A stretch of 64,000 bases of DNA, taken from contig PMCS01000008.1 of assembly GCA_003154195.1 (NCBI GenBank), forward strand, positions 79,366 through 143,365. The letters are read 5' to 3'. The notes beneath the pieces are model-generated. The model saw only the letters and a program-made list of their open reading frames with translations, was not told the DNA's origin and did no database searches. Positions 9,637 through 18,454 of this stretch are shown piece by piece. The translations under genes were made by a program, and so were the position numbers. This DNA is from Candidatus Omnitrophota bacterium (GTDB taxonomy: Bacteria; Omnitrophota; Gorgyraeia; Duberdicusellales; 4484-171). The stretch's first letter is position 1, and each line of letters starts with the position of its first letter.

Positions 9637-10734
9637 TCACAGCCATTCCTTCAATTCCACGATTGCTTCTTTTATAATATCAAATGCTTCTTCATAATGT
9701 TCCTGGCTCTTGCCGATAGGATCGGGAACGCCGATCACTCTTCCATCGGATAAAAATTTTCTCAACGGGAAAACCCTGCCTTCTGCCGTCGGTTCAAGCT
9801 TTAAAACGTAATCGGTATGCGCGTCTTCCATGGTAAAAATCAAATCCGAAGAAAGAATCAACTGCCGGTTAAGTTTTGTCGCGCGAAAACCCCTGATATC
9901 CATGCTTTCTTTTTCTTTTAAAAGACTGACGATGGAACTGGAAGCCGCGGAGCCTTCATAAGCATAAACGCCGGCGGAGATTATTTCATACCGATCTCTT
10001 AAATATGGCTTCGATTCGTCAATCTGCTTCTCCAGAATAAATTGGGCCATGGGAGAGCGACAAGTATTGCCCGTACAGATAAAAATAACCCGTTTTTTTA
10101 TAAAAACATCGACGATTTCTCTTTCCGATATCGTCCCTTCCCGCAAAATCTTGAAAGGATTACACGTTAAATCTACAACCGTAGATGCTTGCCGATAAAG
10201 GGACGGCCCGCTGTCGACAATTAAATCCACAAGGTTTCCTAAGCCGGATTCGACTTCCTGAGCGGATGCCGCCTCCGGCTTACCGCTTAAATTTGCCGAA
10301 GGCAAATAGACCGGCGCGTTTACCCCTTTTAAGATTTTATTGGTAACAATGTGCGCCGGAATACGTATGCCTAATTTTTCGTCTTTATCCGAATAATAAA
10401 TCATCGTCAGCGGCCCCGGCCAAAATTTTTCCATCAGCCGATAAGCAAAGGGGGGCATTACGGTAAAATAGTAATCCCTTGCCTTTTCCCAGCTATCGGA
10501 AACAATGGCAAAAGGTTTATCGGGCGGCCGGTTTTTTATCCGGGCAAGTCTCTGCACGGCATCTTTGTTCTCGGCATAAGCCGCCAAACCATAAACTGTT
10601 TCCGTAGGCAAAACAACAATCATCCCGTTTAAGATAGCATCCACCGCTTTACCGATAAGCGCAAAATCAATTTTCTGAGGATCAATAAATATTTTTTCCA
10701 TATTATTTTTTGCTGCGCAAAAAATAACCGCCAT
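9637..10734 (-). CDS. fusion of threonylcarbamoyl-AMP synthase (TsaC/YwlC) and low-molecular-weight protein phosphatase (YwlE-like)
   Basis: N-terminal YrdC/Sua5 domain (VVLPTETVYGLAAYA...WPGPLT) and C-terminal LMW-PTP P-loop FICTGNTCRSPMAQ with ...VPDPIG. The likely true start is the ATG at 10701, one nucleotide from a hairpin. Confidence 0.8.
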   Translation of the reverse strand: MAVIFCAAKNNMEKIFIDPQKIDFALIGKAVDAILNGMIVVLPTETVYGLAAYAENKDAVQRLARIKNRPPDKPFAIVSDSWEKARDYYFTVMPPFAYRLMEKFWPGPLTMIYYSDKDEKLGIRIPAHIVTNKILKGVNAPVYLPSANLSGKPEAASAQEVESGLGNLVDLIVDSGPSLYRQASTVVDLTCNPFKILREGTISEREIVDVFIKKRVIFICTGNTCRSPMAQFILEKQIDESKPYLRDRYEIISAGVYAYEGSAASSSIVSLLKEKESMDIRGFRATKLNRQLILSSDLIFTMEDAHTDYVLKLEPTAEGRVFPLRKFLSDGRVIGVPDPIGKSQEHYEEAFDIIKEAIVELKEWL

Positions 10735-10825
10735 CCGCTTCGTCCCGACGCGCCTGAATATCGCGAAAATACCTTTTCAGACATTTTCGCGAAGCTTTCG
10801 GGACTCCGCTTACGCTTCGCGGATG
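10703..10825. repeat. AT hairpin plus interrupted CCATCCGC hairpin with about 70-bp nested insertion
   Basis: ttattttttgctgcgcaaaaaataa (10703-10727). ccatccgcttcg ... cgcttcgcggatg are split by an insert that carries its own palindrome cgcgaaaat...attttcgcg. Confidence 0.65.
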
Positions 10826-10885
10826 AAGAACGGTATATTGAAACGCGGGTACCTTGCCACAAAGCAGGCAATCATAAGCAATTCT

Positions 10886-11353
10886 TTATTTAAATTTAAG
10901 CTTCAACACTCTCAATACCGGGCAATACTTCTTATCTTTCAAAGCAAGAATCTCTACGGCGAGAATAATAGAATTCAAAAATGCCGGTTTGCCGATACCG
11001 GCGCAAGCTATGCCCAACCCTTTGGGGATACTGACCATGGAAAAAACGGCATCCAGGCCATCGAGCATACCGCCTTTTAACGCCACGCCGATAACCGGTA
11101 TATTTACATAAGAAGCGATGAACCCGGGAAGCGCCGCGGCCATGCCGGCGCAGGCAATTATCACACCAACCCCTTGTTTCTCCACATTCAAGCAATATTC
11201 CCGCAGTTTTTCCGGATGGCGATGCGCCGAAATAACCTGCAAGTCATATCCGATATTTAACTCATTCAACAAATCAAAGCCTTCTTTCAAAGTTTCCAAG
11301 TCGCTTTTACTGCCTGCCACAACCGCTATTTCTTTTTTCGGTATTTTCATCAT
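10886..11353 (-). CDS. purE: N5-carboxyaminoimidazole ribonucleotide mutase
   Basis: MMKIPKKEIAVVAGSKSDLET...GVGVIIACAGMAAALPG. A GGGAGG Shine-Dalgarno sequence lies 3-6 nt upstream of the tandem ATGs. The ORF-track start at 11455 is probably too long. Confidence 0.9.
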   Translation of the reverse strand: MMKIPKKEIAVVAGSKSDLETLKEGFDLLNELNIGYDLQVISAHRHPEKLREYCLNVEKQGVGVIIACAGMAAALPGFIASYVNIPVIGVALKGGMLDGLDAVFSMVSIPKGLGIACAGIGKPAFLNSIILAVEILALKDKKYCPVLRVLKLKFK

Positions 11354-11491
11354 TCGCCTCCCGAATATCGCAGATAAAAAGAATCCTTCAACTCGGCGAA
11401 GTCTCATTAATAAAAATTGAGCCCGCAAGCTTGCTTCGCCGCTACAACAGCGCAACCGCCTAACGGGCTCAACTATTCTACCTTACTGCCG

Positions 11492-12802
11492 TTAAGATTT
11501 CAACGCCTTATTTCCGATATCGTTGCGATAATGCAATCCGTGAAAAAAGATATTTTTAATCGCGCCGTAAACTTTATCCCGCGCGTCGCCGATAGTATCG
11601 CCTAACGCGCAAACATTTAAAACTCTTCCGCCGTTGGTTATGAATACCTTTCTTTCCTCTTCTGAATTTACCTTATCGGATTTTCTTCTCTGGTCCATTT
11701 TTGTGCCGGCATGAAAAATAAAGATATCTTTCATCTGACCAACAACACCAAGGCCGCCGATGACCTTACCCGTCTCATAATCACCGGGGTAACCGGCGGA
11801 AGCCAGAACAACGCTAAGACAAAACCGATTATCCCATTCAAGCTTTACGCCTTCCAGCTTACCATCAACCGCCCTAAGCATAACCTCGATTAAATCGCTT
11901 TTCAGCTTAGGTAAAATTGACTGGGCCTCGGGATCGCCAAAGCGGACATTGAACTCCAAAACATAAGGTTCATTATTTTTAACCATAATCCCTGCGTACA
12001 AGACCCCCCGATAGGGTTTTCCCTCCGCGGCTAAACCCTGGATGAGCGGCTTAAAAATTTTTTCGCTTATTTTAGCGGACAATTCCTGGTTAATCAGCGG
12101 CGCCGGCGAATAAGCGCCCATCCCGCCGGTATTCGGGCCTTTATCCCCATCAAAAATACACTTATGATCCTGAGAGCTTTCCAACAATACGATATTCTTG
12201 CCGTCGGTAATCGCCAGGATCGAAGCTTCCTGTCCATCCAGGTATTCTTCGATAACAACCCTGTCTCCGCTTGGACCAAATTCCTTTTTTACCATTATCA
12301 AATCTATGGCATCGGACGCTTCTTGAATAGTTTTAGCCACGACTACGCCCTTGCCCGCGGCTAAACCGTCGGCTTTAATGACAATGGGCACGCCTTTTTC
12401 TTTAATATATTTTTTCGCCGCCTGCGGTTCGTTAAAAACAGCAAAATCTGCCGTAGGAATTTTATATTTCCGCATTGTTTCCTTGGCAAAAACCTTGCTG
12501 CTTTCAAGCTTTGCCGACTCTTTATCGGGGCCGAATATTTTCAGGCCATGAGCAATAAACACATCGACAATACCATCAGCCAGTGGCGCTTCCGGGCCGA
12601 CTATCGTAAGGTCGATTGCTCTATCTTTTGCGAATTTCAAAAGCCCAGTAATATCATCAGAGTCAATGGCGATATTTTCGGCGGCTAAAGATGTCCCGCC
12701 GTTGCCCGGCGCGCAATAAATTTTTTCCACCAGCTTCGACTGGGCGATTTTCCAGCATAAACAATGTTCCCTTCCGCCTGAACCAATAACTAATATTTTC
12801 AT
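11492..12802 (-). CDS. purD: phosphoribosylamine--glycine ligase
   Basis: MKILVIGSGGREH...ATP-grasp...AGYPGDYETGKVI. Confidence 0.95.
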   Translation of the reverse strand: MKILVIGSGGREHCLCWKIAQSKLVEKIYCAPGNGGTSLAAENIAIDSDDITGLLKFAKDRAIDLTIVGPEAPLADGIVDVFIAHGLKIFGPDKESAKLESSKVFAKETMRKYKIPTADFAVFNEPQAAKKYIKEKGVPIVIKADGLAAGKGVVVAKTIQEASDAIDLIMVKKEFGPSGDRVVIEEYLDGQEASILAITDGKNIVLLESSQDHKCIFDGDKGPNTGGMGAYSPAPLINQELSAKISEKIFKPLIQGLAAEGKPYRGVLYAGIMVKNNEPYVLEFNVRFGDPEAQSILPKLKSDLIEVMLRAVDGKLEGVKLEWDNRFCLSVVLASAGYPGDYETGKVIGGLGVVGQMKDIFIFHAGTKMDQRRKSDKVNSEEERKVFITNGGRVLNVCALGDTIGDARDKVYGAIKNIFFHGLHYRNDIGNKALKS

Positions 12803-12973
12803 GTTTACCCCCTAGCGCGGTGAAACCGGCATCCGTATTTCTATTCCTTTCGGTTAATTGCCCTTTATACCTGTTGTGTTGTGTTTATTATTATACTCCA
12901 AAACAAATAGAATGTCAGCGGAAAATAATTATTTCGGCTTTACGCTAAATATAATGTTCAAGCCTGATATTTT

Positions 12974-14410
12974 TCAATGAAGATTACTCACGAAGCCGGT
13001 TAATTTTTTTTCCAACTCGCCAAGGCTGACGCCGAGCTTATCTTCCAAAACCCCGATGCGTTCATCAACACTTAAGATTCGCCGGTTTTCGTTATTCAAA
13101 GCGACCATGTATTTAAAAAACTGCGGCCGGAATTGCGGCTGCATCAAATAATAGAATAACGCCCAACTTTCCTTATAGGCGAGATTTTCTTCATCCCGGC
13201 CTAAATTATAAAATTTAGCGTTATCGGTATAGGAAAATAAATCCTTCAAAGCGATATATTTATTAGCGGTTATTGCCGTTTTAAAAATACTTAAATTTTC
13301 GCGGGAGAGAACGCCGATGGACGATGTCTGGCAAAACGTTGCCAAGCCTTCGATAAGCCAGGTATCAAAATTATTACCCGCCAACACTCCCAGCTCAAAG
13401 GATAGTTGATGCGCCGATTCGTGGCGTAAAACTTCGATATTGCTTCCCTTGGCGGAAAAAGTAATATTGTTCATATACCCCGACAACGACGCCTCGTAGC
13501 TTTCGATCTGGCGCAGGTTATGCTGGTAGGTTTCATAGTCAATATCGGCATATTTTTTGTTATCCTCTTTCATCTTCCTGATTCGTTCATTTTCCCGCAT
13601 TACATAATCACCGGCCTGTTTGTAATATGCTTCCTCAAAAAAGTTATACATCGCAAACAGGTTAGATCGGGGATTATAAAATCCCGAGGAACCGGCGAGA
13701 TAAGGCGCAACCCTTGCCGCGTAAGAGCGGTATTCGTCGGGCTTACCGAAAACAATAACGCAGGCATGCCGGGAAAGCCTCTGGTCGATGAGTGGGTTAA
13801 AAATCGCGTTGAATTCGCTATAAAGATTACCGAGCAACCCGATAGTTTTGGCGATCTTAAAATAATCCTGGTCGGTAAAAAAACTGTAGATTCCCTTGCG
13901 GTAAAACTTAAAATTCTTGAATTCTTTCCTGACCTTTATCTCGACAAGCGTAATCTCGGCATTTTCGCTACCAGCAGCCTCGGCCCATAGAATATCTTTC
14001 CGGGCGAGCCTGCGCACAATGTTCCCGGAATTGCCGAATACCTGCCTTACGTTAATATAGTCCGCGACAGCAGTTTGCGCGATGCCGGTAACTTTAGACC
14101 CATCCCTTAGATGAAAAACGGTTTCATCTAAGGGCGCGATTTCTCCTATCAGTTGTTTTTTTATCGCCAGGTCTTCCGCGCTTAGATTATCGTTGTCGCC
14201 CGGCCGCTTAAAGGCGGCGGCTGAATTCGTCTCGGCAATAATACCGTATCCCGGTTTATCTTTCAAAGTATGGTGCGCCGGCGCCATGTCTTTAATCCCC
14301 AGGGAAAATTTGGCTAAAAGCTGTCCCCGATAGAAGAAACGATCGGCAACGTCGAAGATAACGGCGGCGGCAACGAGAAATATAAGGATTTTTAAAAATC
14401 GGGGCATCAT
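12974..14410 (-). CDS. secreted/membrane-anchored protein with HExxH motif (DUF1570-like putative metallopeptidase)
   Basis: N-terminal signal/anchor MMPRFLKILIFLVAAAVIF and a single HESAHQL zinc-peptidase-like motif. The family call is by recall only. Confidence 0.4.
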   Translation of the reverse strand: MMPRFLKILIFLVAAAVIFDVADRFFYRGQLLAKFSLGIKDMAPAHHTLKDKPGYGIIAETNSAAAFKRPGDNDNLSAEDLAIKKQLIGEIAPLDETVFHLRDGSKVTGIAQTAVADYINVRQVFGNSGNIVRRLARKDILWAEAAGSENAEITLVEIKVRKEFKNFKFYRKGIYSFFTDQDYFKIAKTIGLLGNLYSEFNAIFNPLIDQRLSRHACVIVFGKPDEYRSYAARVAPYLAGSSGFYNPRSNLFAMYNFFEEAYYKQAGDYVMRENERIRKMKEDNKKYADIDYETYQHNLRQIESYEASLSGYMNNITFSAKGSNIEVLRHESAHQLSFELGVLAGNNFDTWLIEGLATFCQTSSIGVLSRENLSIFKTAITANKYIALKDLFSYTDNAKFYNLGRDEENLAYKESWALFYYLMQPQFRPQFFKYMVALNNENRRILSVDERIGVLEDKLGVSLGELEKKLTGFVSNLH

Positions 14411-14446
14411 AAGGGGAAGTTTGAAAACCGTAGGTTTTCATTTATC

Positions 14447-14509
14447 TAACTCCAGCAAGAGCCGCCATTTATATTATATTAATTATCGCTCCGGCTCTTG
14501 CTGGAGTTA
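14447..14509. terminator. 17-18 bp perfect inverted repeat with AT-rich loop
   Basis: taactccagcaagagccg ... cggctcttgctggagtta. The right arm overlaps the stop codon of the 14507..15469 gene. Confidence 0.5.
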
Positions 14510-15469
14510 GTTTTGCTTATCCGCCGGTTTTTTCTTGCGGCTTACCATAAAATAAATCAACCCCGCCACGACAAGTAAAATAACCGAAATAGATATATTG
14601 TTTTTATCAATTTTAAATCCCGCTTCAGGCGCAAGATTTTTCTTAGACGGCACTAATCTTACCGGCGCATTCGCCAGAGAAGCCGTTGCCGCCATATCCA
14701 GTATTTTTAAACGTAACTGCCGGTCTTCGCTCTTAGGATAAGTGAATGTAAGGTTAACGCCAAAACTGCCGGCCGTAGGAAAGAACAAATAGCGGTGAAT
14801 AATACTGCCGGACGACGAGATGTCGTAGACGCAAAGATAGCTGTCGAAACCGGCAATCGTTTCCTTGTCTTTTCTTACAAAACTGAGATTGTAGCCGAAG
14901 GGGTCGGCTTTTGGCTGCTTAAAAATATCAACAAACTCATCCTTTTTTTTCTTAGCATAAGCCTGGACATCCAAATAAACAATATGATTTTTTTTCGCGG
15001 GCGGCGGCCGGTAGCTTACGGTATAATCCGTCTCAAAAGCCGGGGGAACTTCTAAATTAAACTCCGGGGCTATCTCGATAGAAAAACCATAGCGACTGTT
15101 GCGCACAAGATATGAGTCTTTTATTTTTTTCTCGCCGGCGACGGACTCGCCGGAATAACTCTCGCCCGATGCGCCGGCGGCAGGCGCATTGATTTTTAAA
15201 ATCCCCGGCTCGTCGGCTTCGATGGTAGCGATCTCTGATTTTAATATCTTCGTTTCGCCCTTGCCGACGCCGACGGCAAACTCCAGCCACACCGCTTCGT
15301 CATCTTCTTTTACAATCCGGCCGTCAAACGAATTGCCGTTTTTTAAATTAACCGTTTCCGCTCGCGCCATCGGCAATAAGGCTAACGATAAAATAATTAA
15401 AAGATATTTTAATATTAATTTTTTACCAATATCTATTTGTTTTCGCATATCAGAAATCAATAAACGCAA
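14507..15469 (-). CDS. hypothetical secreted protein with C-terminal membrane anchor
   Basis: 320 aa. N-terminal signal LLIILSLALLPMARA and C-terminal helix ISVILLVVAGLIYFMVS followed by RKKK. No recognisable domain. It sits inside the pur cluster. Confidence 0.5.
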   Translation of the reverse strand: MRLLISDMRKQIDIGKKLILKYLLIILSLALLPMARAETVNLKNGNSFDGRIVKEDDEAVWLEFAVGVGKGETKILKSEIATIEADEPGILKINAPAAGASGESYSGESVAGEKKIKDSYLVRNSRYGFSIEIAPEFNLEVPPAFETDYTVSYRPPPAKKNHIVYLDVQAYAKKKKDEFVDIFKQPKADPFGYNLSFVRKDKETIAGFDSYLCVYDISSSGSIIHRYLFFPTAGSFGVNLTFTYPKSEDRQLRLKILDMAATASLANAPVRLVPSKKNLAPEAGFKIDKNNISISVILLVVAGLIYFMVSRKKKPADKQN

Positions 15470-15481
15470 TCACTCCTCCCC

Positions 15482-16495
15482 CTACACCATGACCATCTTT
15501 TCTCTCGCTTTAACTATCTCTCCGATAATATACGAATGAAAATTCTTATTTTTGCCCAGAAAATATAAAACCCTGGCCGCATGGTGCTTATCCAATACCA
15601 GAATCATCCCTATCCCCATGTTGAAAACCGTGCACATCTCGCGTTCGGGGATGCCGCCATTTTCCTGGATTATCTTAAAGATCCTCGGAACCGGCCAACT
15701 TTTCTTACGCAGCACCATCCCGCAACCGTCGGGGATGATTTTAGTAGCCTTGCTGTAAAACGCGCCGCCGGTGATATGGGCGATACCTTTAACCGGCGCG
15801 GCGCGCGAAGAAGAAAAAACCGAGAGTAAAGACAACACCGGTTTTACGTAAATACGGGTCGGAGCCAATAAATCTTTAGCGTATTTTTTTATATTTTTTT
15901 CACCTAAGGCCTTGCGCGCCAGGGAGAAACCGTTGGAATGTAAACCGCTCGAGCTAAGGCCGATCACAATATCGCCGGCTTTAATATCGCGGCCGTCAAC
16001 CATCTTTGTTCGGTCAACGACACCCACGCAAAAACCGGCCAAATCATATTCATCCGGTTTATACATCCCCGGCATTTCCGCGGTTTCCCCTCCTACTAAA
16101 TGGCAATCGGATTCCTGCATCCCCTGATGGATACCGGAAACAATATCTTTTAAAACTTTCGGCTTAACCTTGCCGCAGGCGATATAGTCTAAAAAAAATA
16201 ACGGCCTAGCGCCGAGGCAGATAACATCGTTAACGTTCATCCCCACCAGATCAATGCCTACGGTATTATGAATATCGCAATCGATGGCAATTCTTAGTTT
16301 GGTCCCCACCCCATCGGTCGAAGAAACTAAAACCGGGTCCTTACACCCCGATAAATACGGCGATAAGGCAAACGGCGAACCAAACGCCCGGGCGCTGGTC
16401 GGCATATTAGTCGAAACGAAATTCTTTATCCCCGCGACGAATTCATCGGCCTTCTTGATATCCACGCCGGATTTTTTATAAGTCAGTTTTTTCAT
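15482..16495 (-). CDS. purM: phosphoribosylformylglycinamidine cyclo-ligase (AIR synthetase)
   Basis: VGIDLVGMNVNDVICLGARPLFFLDYIACGK... typical of PurM. Confidence 0.95.
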   Translation of the reverse strand: MKKLTYKKSGVDIKKADEFVAGIKNFVSTNMPTSARAFGSPFALSPYLSGCKDPVLVSSTDGVGTKLRIAIDCDIHNTVGIDLVGMNVNDVICLGARPLFFLDYIACGKVKPKVLKDIVSGIHQGMQESDCHLVGGETAEMPGMYKPDEYDLAGFCVGVVDRTKMVDGRDIKAGDIVIGLSSSGLHSNGFSLARKALGEKNIKKYAKDLLAPTRIYVKPVLSLLSVFSSSRAAPVKGIAHITGGAFYSKATKIIPDGCGMVLRKKSWPVPRIFKIIQENGGIPEREMCTVFNMGIGMILVLDKHHAARVLYFLGKNKNFHSYIIGEIVKAREKMVMV

Positions 16496-16725
16496 ATTTT
16501 TTTACTCCGTAAAAAAATAACCTTCTGTAGAAAATATCTTTGGAAAATTATCTACATTAGCTACATGGCCTACATGTATGCATTGAATTGCCTTGCGAAC
16601 TTTGCCAGCCTCGCCTAGCCCGCCTTGCCGAACAAGTCGAGGCAGGCTCGGCTAGGCGGGCGCCTTTACGGGAAAAGGTTTTAGTTATTTTTTCTTAACT
16701 GCAAGATGTTGATTTTCACTATGTT

Positions 16726-18111
16726 CTATTGTTCACATACATCTTTAGTCACGTTGGAGCACTTGACCGGATACTTGCCCGACCAGCACGCCGTGCAATA
16801 ATAATCGGCCTTATGTTTAAAGCACTTAAACATTCCCTCCAAACTCAAATACCCCAGGCTGTCGACTTCCAGGTACTTCTCCATTTCCTGGAGCGAATAG
16901 TTGTTGGCCAGTAATTTTTTCGGGTCGGGAAAATCAATCCCGTAGAAACAGCCGAATTTATGCGGCGGGCAAGAAACGCGCATGTGCACTTCCTTGGCGC
17001 CGAGCGCCCGGAAACTTTTAACCCTGGACTGAGAAGTCGTGCCGCGCACGATGGAATCATCGACAATCACAATCCGTTTGCCCTTGATTACTTCTTTCAA
17101 AATATTAAATTTCAGCTTAACGCCCAGCTCTCTTTTTTCCTGAAACGGCTGGATGAATGTCCGGCCGATGTAGTGGTTGCGGATAATCCCCAGTTCTAAA
17201 GGTATGCCGGATTCCTTGGCAAAGCCCAGGGCGGCGCTGGTGCCGGAATCGGGAACTCCCACAACATAATCCGCTTTAACCGGGTATTCGCGCGCCAGCC
17301 GCGCGCCCAGTTTTTCCCTGACCAAATGTACCGTTTCGCCGAAAATCACCGAATCCGGCCGGGAAAAATACACATGTTCGAAAGCGCAAAATGAAAACCG
17401 GCGCTGTTGCGCGGCATACCGGCGGCTGGAAACGCCTTTTTTATCGATTACCACCATTTCTCCCGGCTCGACCTCGGCCAATAATTGCGCGCCGGTTAAA
17501 TCGAGCGCGCATGATTCCGAAGCGACGAAATAAGTATCGCCGCTTTTACCGATACAAAGCGGCCGGAAACCTCCGGGGTCCCTGGCCGCGATAATCGCGT
17601 CTTTAGTCATCAGCAAAAGGGAAAACGCGCCGCGCAGATGTTTCATCCCATCGATAATCTTGTTCTCCAGGGAAACTGCTTTGGAACGCGCGATTAAATG
17701 CATAATCAACTCTGAATCGCAAGTCGTATGAAAAATAGCGCCCTTATCCTCCAGGCGCGCGCGCAGTTCTTCGGTATTAGTCAAATTACCGTTATGCGCC
17801 AACGCCAGAGGGTAACGATGCGATTCGACAAAAAGCGGCTGGATATTTTTAAAAGCGCTGGAACCGGTGGTCGAATAACGGACATGGCCGATTGCCTGGT
17901 GGCCTTTAAGTTTTTTTAACGAATCTTCGTTGAATACGTCGTCGACCAGCCCCATCCCCTTGTGGGAGTTGAAAACCGTGCCGTCATAAGAAATAATACC
18001 GCAGGACTCTTCGCCCCGGTGCTGGAGGGAAAAAAGCCCCAGAAAAGTCAGCGCGCTCGCCTCGTTGCTGTTGTATACTCCAAATAACCCGCAGTGATCT
18101 TTTATCGCCAT
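16726..18111 (-). CDS. purF: amidophosphoribosyltransferase
   Basis: MAIKDHCGLFGVYNS... Ntn glutaminase Cys, a PRTase domain and a C-terminal Cys cluster. Confidence 0.95.
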   Translation of the reverse strand: MAIKDHCGLFGVYNSNEASALTFLGLFSLQHRGEESCGIISYDGTVFNSHKGMGLVDDVFNEDSLKKLKGHQAIGHVRYSTTGSSAFKNIQPLFVESHRYPLALAHNGNLTNTEELRARLEDKGAIFHTTCDSELIMHLIARSKAVSLENKIIDGMKHLRGAFSLLLMTKDAIIAARDPGGFRPLCIGKSGDTYFVASESCALDLTGAQLLAEVEPGEMVVIDKKGVSSRRYAAQQRRFSFCAFEHVYFSRPDSVIFGETVHLVREKLGARLAREYPVKADYVVGVPDSGTSAALGFAKESGIPLELGIIRNHYIGRTFIQPFQEKRELGVKLKFNILKEVIKGKRIVIVDDSIVRGTTSQSRVKSFRALGAKEVHMRVSCPPHKFGCFYGIDFPDPKKLLANNYSLQEMEKYLEVDSLGYLSLEGMFKCFKHKADYYCTACWSGKYPVKCSNVTKDVCEQ

Positions 18112-18120
18112 AGTTTTTTA

Positions 18121-18454
18121 TTCCTTTTATTCGCTGTTCCAGCGAATTTCTATAAAACAATTTTGCGCCTCCGGCGGTGCCCTGCGGGCGGCGGTGTTAT
18201 AAAGCGGCTTGCCTTTGTGCTTTCCGCTCATAAGACAATTTTTTAACGGTAAAAGGCTGCGGTAATTTAGGCGGTTGCGTAACTCGCCCCGCCTCGGATA
18301 GCTCGGCGGGGCTCAAACACCCGCAACCGTCCCGGCTTCGCTTCGGGATTTCCTGAATTCCCTCAGCCTTTTACCTAAAATTGTCAAATCGCGGAAACCG
18401 CAAAGCCAATCCGTTTATAGGTTAAAAATAAAAAAAACAAATTGTGGATAGCGA
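18121..18454 (-). promoter_or_regulatory. 334-nt highly structured purQ-purF intercistronic/leader region
   Basis: Multiple hairpins: attcgctg/cagcgaat, gcggttgcg...cgcaaccg enclosing gccccgcc...ggcggggc, and cccggcttcgcttcggg. Also a 27-bp GC motif gcctccggcggtgccctgcgggcggcg (18166-18192) that recurs at 51384-51410. No riboswitch consensus was recognised. Confidence 0.4.

Noticed and set aside
10629-10871. 80-aa minus-strand ORF across the interrupted hairpin region. Similarly the 69-aa ORF at 32550-32759 ends in YFLLRKK.
   Set aside because: These reading frames are generated by the palindromic repeat modules themselves. The hairpins translate to ...FLLRKK-stop in either orientation. There is no start context.
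18121-18454. Guanine/purine or ZTP riboswitch upstream of purF
   Set aside because: I could not find the conserved cores by eye on the sense strand (for example GGAUAUGGCCC / ACCGUAAA for purine, or the GGGUCGUGAC / CGCCUGGGCA pseudoknot for ZTP). I left it as an unclassified structured leader and flagged it for a covariance-model scan.
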